NCBI RefSeq assembly: GCF_026210795.1
Contig: NC_089433.1
Span: 3,286,001 to 3,350,000 of the forward strand
Source: Rhizophagus irregularis
Lineage: Eukaryota
DNA: 64,000 bases
Direction: 5' to 3'
The translations under genes were made by a program, and so were the position numbers. How positions within the stretch are numbered: the stretch's first letter is position 1; the number at the start of each line of letters is the position of its first letter. The notes below the pieces were generated by a model. The model was not told the DNA's origin. It made no database searches and was given only the letters and a program-made list of their open reading frames with translations. Shown here piece by piece: positions 28,942 through 43,662 of this stretch.

Positions 28942-31284
28942 GTTAAAAAAAAATTTTTTTTTACTCTAAAAAAAATAATACAAGCTTTGTGTGATTCCCG
29001 TTCCTAAAATAATAAATAAATAAATAAATAAATATATTAGCAATCTAATATTGAGTTATTATTATTTTTTTTTTGTCTTATTTACCAGAAGAGAATGAAA
29101 ATGATTTGAAAATAAACTAATTAATTAATTTTTTTTTTAAAAAAAAAATAATAATCGAACCTTTTGAGATTTGTATTTGATACTATTTTTTTGTATTAAT
29201 TAAAAAAAAAAAAAAATGTACAATGTGGTTAATATATGAAATTAAGAAATAAATGATATATCATGACAAATTCGTGGTGTAAGAACTTGACGCAAAATAA
29301 AAGGTTTTAAGACCTTTCATTCTGCAATCATGATCAGATTTGCCATAATATATTTTAAAAAAATAAAAAAAATACTCCCCCAAAATAAAATCCTGTAACA
29401 AGTTTTAAAAATGTTACACTCACTCATTCACTAACTTACTCACTAATTCAAAGAAAAAAATTTCTTACGAGATTTGTGTGATTAATTATAATTCATCAAT
29501 CAAAAAAATATACGTATATGTATATAATATATATATATAATATTTTTTATGACGTTTTTTAATTCGATAAAATGAATTAAGAAAATATTTTCATTAATAT
29601 ATAATTCAAAAAATTCTTTCTCTACCTGTTCCAAAGGAACTAAATTCAAAGAAACTAAATAACTATTTGAGGGTAAAAAATTACCAAATATTTGAAATCA
29701 ATTTTTTTTTTATAACCCAATTTTAAAGGAGTTATAGAAAAATTACTAACCTCTTTGGTAAAAAGTTTTAAAACACTTTCTTAAAAATTCTTTAACGGAC
29801 GGGAAAATTCGAAAGTATTTAAAAAAAATTTTTTTTTTTTTTCCTTGAAATTGTAATTGTGACATAAAAAAAGGATATACTCCTCCAATCATTTTGATTG
29901 GACAGTATTGTCATTATGCATCAAATGGGTAAAATAATAATGCGGACAATAAGGAAAAAGTTTATCACACAAGTAAACATATTATGGGATTTGCCGCAGT
30001 AACAAAAGCTCTGAAACAGGGAAATTTAATAACCTGTTTAAATACCGTTGTACAATATTTCATAATTGTTTTGTTTAATAAAGATACTGTACGTATTATC
30101 TTAAAATAAACAAACCCTTTTTACGAGCGAATCCGTGCGATAAATTTTTTTTTTGAAATCTTTCCAATTTTCAACTAACTCCTTTTAAACTACGTGAAAA
30201 CCATCACCGAGAGCGGATAAGGATTATCTCTGATCTTGTATGTTATTGTTTCCATAAACATTCTGTATTTATCCAGACTATTAGGACTAGTGTATTGCGT
30301 CAATCAGCATGACCATGCGTGACCAACATGGCTAAAAGCATTAAAAAGACATGCCTATCTCTCGTATGATGATAAATAATTTGCATGCGATCAAGTCAAT
30401 GGTTTATCCTCTTTATTGTTGATTATTAAATATTCTAATACCAATATTCGTCTAATTGGTAATAGATTATAATGACCCGAGATAGTCACTTGAAAGTATA
30501 TTAGCATTATCCATAGTACTGTATAGTACATGATTTTTCTTGAATTCTAATAATTCTAATTCTGTCCTACTTCAGCTTCGATAACTTTTTTATATAGCTA
30601 AGTAGAACTCTCATACAGTACAAACTACACCAAGGACTAATTAGCTTCAATGATTTTACTTCCTAATTGGTATCATGTGATTTGATAGATTTTTTTGGAG
30701 AGCTTCAAGTTGAAATTAGGATATTCATATTCGAATATAGAATTTGAGATTCGAATCTGTCAGATTCGAACGTACTATGAGATATGATGTGAATTTGCAA
30801 AGCTGTCGTCTATAACACACCAGATTACAATGCGTTAATTTTTCATTAATTTTATAATTGTGTGTTATTGCACGGGCGTGATTGTTAATGGTATGTGCAC
30901 TTCGTGCCACATCGTTCCACTTATCAAGCACGATACCCGTGCAATAACTATTAATATAAGGAAACATTACTCATACACTATAATATTGAATAAATTTACT
31001 AGTTATATCAGAATGCAGGTTCTAGTCAACATTGAATCGGTCTTCCTATACAATATTATCATAGTCAGTTAGGATCAAGTTTCTCCAATTTAGCAAATAT
31101 GGATATTCATAATATGATATGTAATAATTGTGTCTGATTGATATGAAAAATTTTGAATATACTTTCCACACTTAGCCTTAAACGCGTAAAACACGACGTG
31201 TTAATATTCTCTGAACTGTGTGACTCAATAATTATACAAGATGAATAAAGTTTGTATCAATTTTCGGAAAAAAAAGTACATATA

Positions 31285-31876
31285 CAGTATACCCTATATT
31301 TTTCCTTTTGTCTCAATTTTTTTCATACGTTTTTTTTCATACGTTTTTTTCATACGTTTTCATACGTTTAATTTATTTTCTCGTACGTTTAAAATCTTAT
31401 TTTTGGTACGTTTACATCCATTTATATGTCAGCATCTGTATAAAAATGGCAAATTAAGGTACTATTTATTTATTAAATGCCGTGAAGGGGGCTTTTAGCG
31501 TCTAGTCGATTAATGTATGACTTAGATACCGATTTTGGTCCCTGTTGAGGTCTACTGTTCTTTAGGAGAAACAGTTATGTATTTTCCTCAACATCAATTT
31601 TTTTTGACATCTTTTTCATGCAATTGATTTGTTCTCATTGAGAACTTTTTGGATTCAGAGTACTTTGTGGCCACAGTTTTACTGTGAACGTCCTACTACT
31701 CTGTTTCCAGAATTTCCAGACCCTATAAAAAAAAATTCTGGAAAAAACTCTGATAAATGATCATTTTCTAGTTTTATTCCAAAGAAACTGACACGTGATC
31801 ATTTTTCTGAAAAATTTTTTATAGGGAGATTGTATAGCAAATTCTCTGTGCGTAAGGTACTATACAGGGTATACAG
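31285..31876. mobile_element. Possible Tc1/mariner-like MITE containing a nested ~106-bp CCCTATA-TIR element (31721-31826)
   Basis: Outer TA-CAGTATACCCT..AGGGTATACAG-TA (imperfect). Inner CCCTATAAAAAA..TTTTTTATAGGG flanked by AGA/AGA. Confidence 0.5.
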
Positions 31877-32425
31877 TACATAATAACTAGGTCAATGGGC
31901 ATATGCTTAGAAATAGGTGTATGGTATTTAACTTTTTTCTGGAAGACGCTCATAATATATTCCAGATTAAAGCATAAATGTTCTGATATCATGTTTTCAC
32001 TCAACCATTCATGTTGAGGTTTAGTACTCATATTTCTTCTTAGATTACTACAAAAAAAAAGTAAAAGAAACGTTAAAACGTTCTTAATAAAGAAAAAAAT
32101 AAATGTTGATATTACATATATGCTATTGGAAATGATAATTTTCAAGAAAATTATTTATCATAAAGGAGAAATTGATGAAGTAAATTATCCTCCTTCATTT
32201 TCTTCCTTTCCCCTACTATTCCCTTACTCTTTCCCTTTACCTAAGAAAAAATGTTAGCTGGATTTATATGCAAGTTCTTTAGAAATAGGGTTAGATTAGG
32301 GTTAGGATTAGGTTAAGGGAATTAGGTGTTAGGTTTTTCTTCAATTCCACTCAGTAGTATTGTTATGGGATATGGACAGAATCATTGGATTGTCCTAGAC
32401 TGGACTATCCGGTTCATGTCCGGTA

Positions 32426-34144
32426 TTGTATTTACGTCTGTTTTTGTATGGTACATGTCGAAAATTAGCAAAATTTACCAGGTTTAGATTTTTTAACCAT
32501 GTACTGTATACTTATAACTGAATCCTTAAATGCCAAATGACTAGATCAGCCGTCTTAGCCGGCTGAAGTCATGATAAATGTTCAGCATATTTGGATATAA
32601 TTATATTCGACGAGAACCCGCATCACTGATAAAATCCTTTTAAAGCGAAGAAATGAATAAATTTACAGTAAAAAGAGTGATATAAATAATGATAAAATTT
32701 CTTCAAAGAATAGGATCTTGACATCTCAAATTACAAAAAATTAATCACTTCTCTCCTGATAATGCCAGAAATAAAACATCAGAAGAAACAACCATTAAAA
32801 TTAAAAGTTATTATGTATAATTTTTAAAATAAAGTACAAATCCGATAGGAACATGATATACGTGGGAGTGAATGTTCAAAGCCATGCCGAAATATTACAG
32901 CCAATTCAGCATTACACCGGTGTAACACTGGTAATATGAATCTTTAAACAAACAAAAATTTGGTGTAATAGATTTTACCATTGCGCCGCCTAAACTCTGA
33001 ATTATCCGGAATAATTACGCCCTCATGCATAGGATCATGATGCTAAACATTTTGCTCATATTCGGCATGTTACGTCTTATCGCCAGATATTCATCGCCGG
33101 ATATTATATGCATGACTACAGAATACGGATTACAGTTTTACTTTATATTTACATTAATGATATAAGAAAAATGAGGTAAATGAAGCAATTAGTGAAATTA
33201 TCCATCAAACAATCCTTAACATTGATGTAATTGTCTAATTTATGTAAGGTTAACGAACTCGCTTTATTTGCCCAACACGTGTCATTTAATCAATCAGATA
33301 TCTCTCGAATCTCGTGAATGGCAAATCAAATTCTTTAAATTCTTCGCTATCATAATCTTAAACGAATTTTGAAATGTAAACCAGATTACCAGAGGGCTTG
33401 TAAGCTTGTTATATCGAGAGCTGGTTCTAACCATTATTTTTTTATGTTTCAGAAAAAACCAAGTCGTAGTACTGGTTATAACCATTACTATTAGACACTT
33501 TGTTATTGAATAATATTTGTCACGTGACTCTACGTAGCCAATTATTCAACATGGACTCCCCCATAATATTAACCTTAGCCGGCTAAGCCAAGCTATTTAA
33601 TATTGACGTTTCCACCCATTATTTGTCATCACTTACTAATATTGTATCAATTTTTTACAGGGGATACCTAAGATTGTTGATTTTTTGGCTGGCATTACGA
33701 CGTTAAGAATTAATCAAATGAGTGACAAATAGGATTTCACACTGAGAATACGAAGTAAAATGATGAGTGATACGTTTGTATTTACGTCTGTATTTTGTAT
33801 GGTACATGTCAAAAATTTATCAAGTTTAGATTTTTAACCATGTACTGTATACTTATAACTGAATCCTTAAATGCCAAATGACTAGATCAGCCGCCTCAGC
33901 CGGCTGAAGTCATGATAAATGTTCAGCATATTTGGATATAATTATATTCGACAAGAACCCCGCATCACTGATAAAAACCCTTTTAAAGCGAATGAAATAA
34001 ATAAATTTACAGTAATAGTAAAGAGTGTATAAATAATGATAAAATTTCTTCAAGGAATAGGATCTTGACACCTGAAATTAATCATCTGATAATGCCATTT
34101 TAGGAAATAAATAAACAACCATTAAAATTAAAAGAAGTTATGTA
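32426..34144. repeat. ~380-bp direct repeats (32426-32818 and 33776-34144) enclosing the inverted copy of the 7788-8390 repeat
   Basis: Both copies run TTGTATTTACGTCTG..CTTATAACTGAATCCTTAAATGCCAAATGACTAGATCAGCC..AACAACCATTAAAATTAAAAG. Confidence 0.85.
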
Positions 34145-35135
34145 TTGTAGTGCCATAATTCCAGAATTAATTTTAATTTAAATAATAGAGTATTTCGGAA
34201 TTATAGGGATCATCTATATTTTGTGTAACATTAATAGTCCGAAGTAATTTGGATCGGAAATGAAGATCATCCTAATAGTAATAATGATGTAATAAGTTAC
34301 AATTAATTTATTACCTTTTTTTAGGTGCATTTTAGAATTTTATAATATTGTTACTCATAAATATTAACTCACAACATGATTAAATAAAATAGATAATTAT
34401 TAAAAGCTCCTTCAAAAACACAATCTTTGACCGCTTAATTACAAATACTGTGCGCGAACTAACTTTCATAAGTAAAAACCGTCACACTTATCATCACCGG
34501 TTTACTAAATAAATTTCGATCTTAAAATTACCTATTGCAATTTATATTAATTTAGTAAAACGTTGTAAATTATAAAAATAATTTTATTTTTTCAAATTTC
34601 TTTCATTAATTTGTAATCTAAAAGAGGAATAGATTTAATGCAACAGACATAAAGTCAACTTCTTTGATAAATTTCGCTAATAATAAATATTCATTGGGAT
34701 CTTTCAAAAATCTTAGATGCCTAATGAAGGTATAATAGAAAAAAAAATAATCATTAGAAATTTTACCTATAGAATTATAGTCTACAATGTTATTATTTTT
34801 ATAGCTTTGACCAAGATAAATCAAGATAATAGTTTAAATCAGGAATTTAAATAAATTTGAAGCTATTTGCTCAATTACAAACTGATTTTATTTTTTGTAA
34901 AAATAAATTTTACATGTACTCTATAATCAAGTGTTGAACAAATATATAAAATAAGAATAAATAATATAATACTATACTATAGGTTATTTTCAATCTAGCT
35001 AGGTTTAATATAACTTATCATGCTATCATGTTCGTTCCGTCGTATCATCTTTGATTTATAATCTGTATAAAGAATTGGTTTTGGATTAATAAAATAAAAT
35101 TATAAAAATTATAAAATATATAAAATTTATAAAAC

Positions 35136-38100
35136 TTACTTTGTAAAATCAATAATTTCTACTGTGTTATTGTCAACATTATCATATTTTGGGATACTCT
35201 TTGTAAATGGATTAAGTAATCGTGATGTATAAATAGCTTGTGGATGAGTGACTAATCGTTTATTTTCATCCAATGATGTAAGATGTAATTTTCTGTATTC
35301 TTCTGCTTCTTCGATCTGTTTTTCAATTTCATAATGTTGTCGTTCCTTTTTAATTTCTGAAAAAACTCCTGAATCACAGCTGTCAACAAATAATTCAATT
35401 GATTCATAAATTTCAATTGCATTTGGTCTATTATCTGGGTTAGAATTCCAACACTGCTTCATCAAATCAATATAACATTTTGGTGCTTCCGACATATTAA
35501 CTTCAGGTCTATTTCCATTACAAATATTTAATACTAAAAACTCATCATGTGCACAATCAGCAAAAGGTTGTTTTCCAGTTGCTACAAAATACATGATCAT
35601 ACCAAAACTATATACATCCGCTTTTTGAGTATAAAGCTGCCCTTTTAACACTTCAGGAGCTACATAAGGTATAACTCCATAAATATTACTTTGATTGATA
35701 TTACTAACATCTCCACATAATCCCATATCTGAAATACGTATATCTGTATTTTCGCTTAATAATATATTTCCTGTATGAAAATCACGGTGGACCATCTTCT
35801 TTTGATGAAGTTCTTTAAGACCCATACTAATACTAAAGAGTATATACAATTTTTCTAACCATTTAAAATTGTTATAATTTTTGTTCATCCAATAATTGAA
35901 ATCTCCACCTTTTGCATAATCAAGAACTAAAATGTATTCCTTTGTATCTGGATTTTGAGATATTCCAAATATTTTAAGTATATTATTATCATCATAATCT
36001 TCAATTGAATATAATCTAGCCTATTAAAATATGAAAGAATATTAATATGTTAAAAAATATATAATTAGTTTTGAATTTACAGAAAAGTCACATACCTCAT
36101 TGAGAAATTCGCTTGTGATATTTTGCGAGTTATGTAAACATTTTAATGCAACTTCCTTATTCGGGTGTTGGTCTCTTATATAATAATATAACACATTTCC
36201 ATCGTATGACTTTTGTTTAGGATAAGAAAATGGACCACGAGCCCATGTTGCTGAATATACTTTAGCAAAACCACCTTTACCTATCTCTTTAATATCATCA
36301 AACTGGTCATATGGTATCCATTCAACTATAATATCATAATAATTATTAATTTCTAATTGTCTCTCCTGAATTAAACTATCAATTTTTTCATTTCCACTGG
36401 TCCAATTTGTAAAATTTTTTTCTAGAGTATTTAATTGACATGGTTTACAATATTTAATATAAGTAAATTTTGTACCGCATTTATTACAATGAAGTCCATC
36501 CAGAATTGACATAATATAATTTTTTGTATAAGGATTTTGAGATATTCCATATAAATGTTCATTAGAAGTAGCCTTAACCATTAATATCTCATTTAGAAAT
36601 CCATTAATATTTTGTGAATTATATAATCTTAAATTGACTTTTGTACTCTGTTTTCTTGAGTATTCACGTTTCTTTCTGTCATATTTTAACGGACCATCCT
36701 TCCATATTGCTGAATATATTGTAAAAAATTCATCTTTTCCTAACTCTTTAATATCATCGAACCGAACATATGGTATCCATTCAACTATTATATCATAACG
36801 AGAATTAGTACTTAATTGATTTTTCTGAATTAAATTATCAATTTTTTCATTACCACTGGTCCAATTTGTAAAATTATTTTCTAAATCATTAATTTGACAT
36901 GATCTGCACCATTTACTATAATCTGTAAATTTTTTACCGCATTTATTACAATAGACATTTGGAAGAACTAAAATGTAATCTTTCGTATCTGAATTTTGTG
37001 ATATCCCATATACTTTAAGTTCATTTTTATTAACCTATTAAAATAAAGAAAATTTGTTATTTTATTTTAATTATTTAAATTAAATAAAACATCAATACCT
37101 ACGACTGATCGGTCAACCCGGTCGGTCAAACGGTCATCTGCTAGAAGATCAATATATCGTGATCCATAGAATTTTAAATTGACTCTTTTATTCCGTTTTC
37201 TTGAATATTCAAATTCATCTCTGTCATATTTTAATGGACCATCCTTCCATATTGCTGAATATATTGTAGAATATTTATCTTTTCCTACCTCTTTAATATC
37301 ATCGAGCTGATCATATGATATCCATTCAATTAAAATATCATTAGTACGAATTATTTTTTGTCTCTTCTAAATTAAACTATCAATTTTTTCATTTCCACTG
37401 GTCCAATTTGTTAATTTTTTTTTAAAATCATTTGTTTGACATGATCTACAGTTATACTTATTAACTATTTTACCGCATCTATTACAACACCATTCATCCT
37501 CTACTATATTCATATAATTTTTTGTATATGGATTTTGAGATACTCCTGTATAAATTAGAATTTTATCAATATTTTGTGGGTTAAATGATATTAAATTGAT
37601 TTTTGTATCCTGGCTTCTTGAATATTTACGTTCCTTTTTGTCATATTCTAATGGACCATCCTTCCATATTGCTGAATATGTTGTAGATAATTTATCTTTT
37701 CCTAACTCTTTAACATCATAGAGCTTATCATATGGTACCCATTCAACTATATCAACTATGAATCTTTAATTGTTTCTCCTGAATTAAACTATCAATTTTT
37801 TCATTTCCACTGGTCCAATTTATGAAATCTTTTCTAAAATTATTTGTTTGACAAAGGCCACACCATGCATTATAATCATATGTAAATATTCTAGAACATT
37901 TAATACAATAGACATTTTGAAGGACTAAAATGTAATCTTTTGTATCTGAATTTTGGGATATCCCATATATTTTAAGTTCATTATTATTAACCTATTAAAA
38001 TAAAGAAAATTTATTATTTTATTTTAATTATTTAAATTAAATAAAAAACTAATACCTCATTAAAAAATTCATTAGTAGTATTTTGTAAGTTATATAATTT

Positions 38101-38457
38101 TAAATTGACTTCTGTACTCTGATTTCTTGAATATTCACGTTTATTTATGTCATATTGCATTGGACCATCCTTCCATATTGCATAATTTATTGTAGAAACT
38201 TTCCCGAAATCACCTCTTACTACTAACTCTTTAATATCATCGAGCTGATCATATGATATCCATTCAATTATAATATCATCATATTTATTAATTTCTAATT
38301 GCTTTTCCTGAATTAAACTATCGATTTTTTCATTTCCACTAGTCCAATTTGTGAAATTTTTTTTTAAATTATTTTTTTGACATAATTTGCACCATCCCCA
38401 TTTATCATAATTATAATTATGTCTTCCACATCTTTTACATTCATTAACATTTGACAT
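35136..38457 (-). pseudogene. Tyrosine-kinase-like (TKL) kinase gene A with tandem N-terminal modules; kinase domain intact, 5' part disrupted
   Basis: IGKGGFAKVY, VALK, VHRDFHTGNIL, ISDMGLC, YVAPE, ADVYSFG. Five CxxC..CxxC..WTSGNEKID..EW modules. Frameshift/stop near 37755 and foreign sequence near 37100-37165. The 3' part could still be expressed. Confidence 0.75.
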
Positions 38458-40549
38458 TATAAAATTTTCAACGTTTGCAAAAATAAAAACTCAAAGTTCC
38501 TTCTGGCTGTATTTTATGTCATTGTACAGCGATCGTCATGTCATGCATTTGTGTGACACTAAGGGAACGAATTAAATTTCAGTTTGTCGTTTTAAAACAA
38601 ATAGGCTCGGCATAAATTTAACCGAAGTCAATCATTTTTGTGACGATTAAAGACATCGGCTCTTTATTTAACCGGAACTTATCGATTTTTCGATTTTTAG
38701 AATACGTGCATACAATTCTTTAATCAATTAATAAAGATAGCCCTCGTGATCGTCCGATGGATCAACAATACCGACTGTCTTTTAGGACCGTGTCTTCAAA
38801 AGACCGATCAACGTCAATATGTTACATTAATTGATTTACCTCTTTTTTTATTCTTTTTTTAGGAATTAGTAGGAACAGGGCAGACTTTCTTAACACAAGA
38901 AATGTTTACTAGGGTAAAAAAAAAAAATAATTTATAAGACGGACTGATGGTCTTACTGCGCCATAATAATCTGAACCGTGGTCCGATCCTATGAAGACCA
39001 GGACCGGACCGTTGACCGTCCTTATTTATAAGGGGTGCTTTTGAATTTCTGGCGTACGATTACCTGGGGATTAAGACATGTGAGATTTGCTGATGAATCG
39101 GTCTTTTTGGGTTATAATTTAGATGTCTTTGACTTACTCAATAACTAGAAATAAAGTGTGACTGTTGTGGCGGTCATGCACATAGTTTAGTTATAGCACA
39201 ATCCTTTCCTATGTACTTGTTGTTGTTTTCTTATGGAAGTAAGATTTTCCTTACGGGTCCAATGCAATAACTTTAATAGATTTTGTTTGATCGGATATTG
39301 ATTTTCTCTTTCTTTTGTTTTATGTAACGTAAATAGTACTATAGCAGTTGTATTGAAAGTTTTCGTGAATTTATTAAACGTTTTCAATATTTTATAAAAG
39401 ACGTAGAATAAATTTAGTTTAAATTTTTAGATAGGTACATTGTTATATAAATTTGTATTGTCATAGGTGTAAATTTCGCAGGGTGTTTGACAAATAAATA
39501 ATAAAATAAAAAAAATGACGCTAATTAAAAATTTTGTACTACATAAATTATGATGAATAAAGCAAAAATATACTACGTTGAACGAAAAGATTTAATTAGT
39601 GAGAGTGAAAAGAGGCTACAAAGTAGTCCTAACTCCTCCTAAGGATAAAGCCGAGACCACGTGATTTACGTAAAATTTTCCAAATCAAAAGTTAATAATA
39701 CATTTATCTAATTAGTTTAGTTTTGTTTTTAGTTTTAGAAAACTGATTTTTTAGGGGTTTTTTTTTTTGTTATTATTATTGTGAGATAAGATATATTTAA
39801 AATTTTTATTTTTACTCGCGTATTTGTTGAATTAATTTATTGACTTTATGTCGATATTGGGTAGACATTGATTAATTTGATTTATTTCGATACTAATAAA
39901 GTGAATAATGATATATAATATACATAATTTAAAGTTACAAAATGCTTATATTGTATTCAGCTTTTAATATTGTTTGATATTTTAGTACTGGATAATAAGC
40001 GAAAAAATTAAAGTATGAATATTCGTTTGTATTCTATCAAAATTTTTTATTTTTATGATTTAATAACTTAAATTTTATGCTAAGAAGTTATAATATTTTG
40101 TATTTTATATAAAGCAAAAAATAAATTATAAAAGTGAATAGTCAAAAGTTATATTGTTTTATTATTATAATCGCAACTATTTTAGGAACTACTAGTTAAA
40201 TATGATAGCATAATTTTTTGCTTAATAAATTAAACTATGATATTAGTAAAATATCAATTTTATAGGCTAAATACAATATCAAGTACTTCGTAACTTTAAA
40301 TTTATTATATATTATGTATTTATTATTTTTCTTTTTTTTTTTGTATAAAACAGAAAATATTTACATGTTCGTGTAATGACGAGATATTTTATTTTAGTAA
40401 CGCATTTCTTTTATTAATTAGTAAGTTAAATTTCCATTACAAAATTAAATAAAAATACTAAAAAGTAATATTTCTATTCTATTTAACTATACTAATTTAA
40501 TTTTTTGTATCGTGAGTCAAGTTTGATTAGCCATAACAATAATAACATT

Positions 40550-42250
40550 ACTTACTCTTTCTTTCTTCATTAAAATTGATAAATTTTTTTTGTTTGTTTT
40601 TTACATAAACTTTCGTTTTCCTCCTTTTAACAACTTCAACATTTATACTATTTTCCGAAATAATCCTTTCCTTATATTGTTAAAACACCTGTCCCATAAC
40701 TCTGTTATAACACTTTTGTCTTAAACTTATTATTAAATAAGCCTCTAACTAATTCCCAAGCTTTGAGTTTCCACGCATTACTTTAATAAAATCTATATTA
40801 ACGGTCTTAATATTTGACATTTCGTTATTTGGTTTGAACTTATAAATTATCTTAAGTTCCATAATCGATTGTTCAATCATCTCTATTATTGTTGCTGCGC
40901 TCCCAAATATATTGCATCGAGGACACATTCCAGAATTATTAAATCATATTAGTGTTTCTATTAAATAAAACACTATTACGTAGGCAGATCTTTCAAAACA
41001 TTGTTAATCTTAAACGCCCTTTAGTTGCTGTCCTCCATACTTGTACCAATCTATTTCTTATGTATTATAATAAAAACATCATCTTTTTTAACATTTCATT
41101 TATATTTTGCGTTCGTTTTTAGTTTGCCTAGTATCTCCTATAATCAAAAAGAATTTCCAGTACAAGGAAAATTCTTCAGTCAAAATATTGGTATTATTAA
41201 TTTTAGCAACAAATCCTTTCAATTGATTAATATTTAAGTTTTTTATTTGACCTTCCATTTCTTTTCTTATATTCATACATATCTCAATATCTCATGATTT
41301 TTTCTGTCATGTAGATTCTAATGTCAATACTCTGTAACCATTTTTAAATAAAACTCAATTCCACAAAATGTATATTATCTAACTTTTTTCTACCATTAGC
41401 TATATTACTAAAATTAAAAAGAATATTATTTATTACATCTCCCGCATTAATATATAAAGTAATCTTCGATCTAATTATTAATATTGCTATTATAATGATC
41501 ACTATTAATACCGCTCTATTAATATTAGAATACTCTGTATTAATTACCATATCTAACTTTAGCTTCATTTTTTATCAAAATATTTATTCAAAATTGCCCA
41601 TAAAGCAACATATTAATTTCTTCTCTCGCCATTACTAAACAACTTTTTTATTTTTCATCGTTATAATCATAATTCATTTTGTTTATCTTTGATAACATCT
41701 TTGAAGATACTTTTTTAAAAAATTCTATCATCTTTTCTTCTCCAATAATATAATTATCCATCACCACAATTTTACCATTGTAACTAATATCTTATTTTAT
41801 AAAATTCATTTTTTTCGTTAATTCATTCTTAACCAAAATATTACTATAAAGTTTCATAAGATTTAAAACTCACTCCATTTTCTGTATCTCTTCTTAATTT
41901 TACTGTATTTCACGACTCTCTTTATTTCCAACATTCTTTTCTTAATCATTCCTTACTTTTTTTAATATTCTTATTACAACTTTCACACTTAATACTTAAA
42001 TCAGGCGAATTTTCATTATCTATATTTAAAGGTACTATTAAATGAATTTCAATTCTTCTATAATTTTTACTTTTCGATTTATTTTTCTTATCCATGCAAA
42101 AAACTGCATTCCACATAATTAACTCGTTCCTATTTCTTCATCATTTATCAACATTCTACTCTTTCTCTTTTCCTTTTATCTACAGATTCCATCTTTAACA
42201 ACGCGTTCCTACTTACGTTACTTTACTTTTTAAAATTTTGTACCACTTTG
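40550..42250 (-). mobile_element. Highly degraded non-LTR (LINE-like) retrotransposon 3' remnant
   Basis: Broken frames give an RNase H-like segment (NINRAVLIVIIIIAILI..ITLYIN) and C-terminal DSN.RAFKINNVLKDLPT..GMCPRC..IWE. Boundaries are approximate. Confidence 0.5.
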
Positions 42251-42309
42251 GAATAACAATGCACTATAATTATTGCACAATATACGTTGAATGCATCTGA
42301 TTATAATTT

Positions 42310-42995
42310 ATATGATAAAAATGTGAAAAATGTGAAAAATATATATATCTTAGATTGTTTAAACCATGCTAAAAAAAATGATCTAGAAAATAATTTGGAC
42401 CAGTGGAAATGTAAAAATCGATATTTGAATTCAGGTAATGCAATTAGAAAATAACAACTATGGTATTATAGCTGAATGGGATATTATATAATCAGTTCAA
42501 TAACGTTTATTATACACTTGGGCGGCTATTTCGGCCACATGACAAAAAAGTGATCTGCAATTCGTAATCCACTCCTTTGAGGAGTTTTGACCACTTGTAA
42601 AAATTTCAACAGACTTTCAGCAATCTGTATTTAATATACTTTATGGCTGAGAATTCAAAGATCTGGCCGAAATTATTGCAGATTTGTCCGAGACTTTCTT
42701 AAGTCTGCTAAAAATCAAATTATCCGAGATTTATTATCAGATCAGCAAGTAAGCATTGCTTTGAAACTGTAATGTGGGTTATGTTGCTAAAATTAAAAAA
42801 AAATTTCGGACACATGTATTGTAACATTAAAGAGTCAAGAAAGGATGAATTTACTATAAAATATTCAGTAATATGGAAGGATGGTTTATTAATTTATAAT
42901 TTTGATGAGTATGCAAGAAAATGAAGAAAATGAATTAAAAAAGTCAACTCAATAATATATAAATCAAAATATTATTAATAAAATTCTAAATGAGG
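42310..42995 (+). pseudogene. Decayed single module of the TKL kinase family in the opposite orientation, interrupted by a ~300-bp insertion
   Basis: WTSGNVKID..IQVMQLE..IIAEW, insert ~42510-42815, then IKESRKDEF..YSVIWKDG and the same AATGAG|GT exon end. Confidence 0.7.
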
Positions 42996-43662
42996 TAACT
43001 AAGATTGCATTTCAATTTTATTAAGTGTAACAAAAGTAAACAACAATACAAAAATTATTGATTCAAAAATTACAAGATAAAAAGAAAAACTAGAAAACCT
43101 ATATACTAATACATTAACCCAACCTTGCATATTAACGCCATTTTTTCAATTAATTTTTATTTTTATTATAGTATAAGCACAGTTGTTGACAAAAAACGCT
43201 ATATGAATCTAAAAAAATCCCTCAGGATTATAAGAGAGATTCGCGTTATGCTCGCACACTACCCAAAACTAGTAGAAATACTTGATCATTTTCAAAAATC
43301 TTGATTCGACTACAAGATTTTCTATGGAAATCGTTTCTTGTTTTTTTATTGTACACATGCTGGATTGCTGCAAAATTGGAAAATATTATATGTCTTATGA
43401 CAATGATGACAATGTGGCAGGAACAGAAGTGATAGAAGGAATGTGAAAAAATATTAGTGTTCACTATAGTTGCCACTGATTTACCAAGCCTAAAACTTGT
43501 TATACTCAAACAAAGTTCCACACACAAAATTTTTTTATAATTAATTATTCTGGTTATATTGAATTTTTATACTAATAACAAACTTAACAGCCAAGTTATA
43601 TTATTTTATTTATCTTGAAAAGTAGTTGCATATCATATAGAGTCACGAGGTGTTGAACCAAC

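Noticed and set aside
38740..39025. GGACC/GACCG-rich hAT-like remnant
   Set aside because: No clear TIR pair or TSD could be defined.
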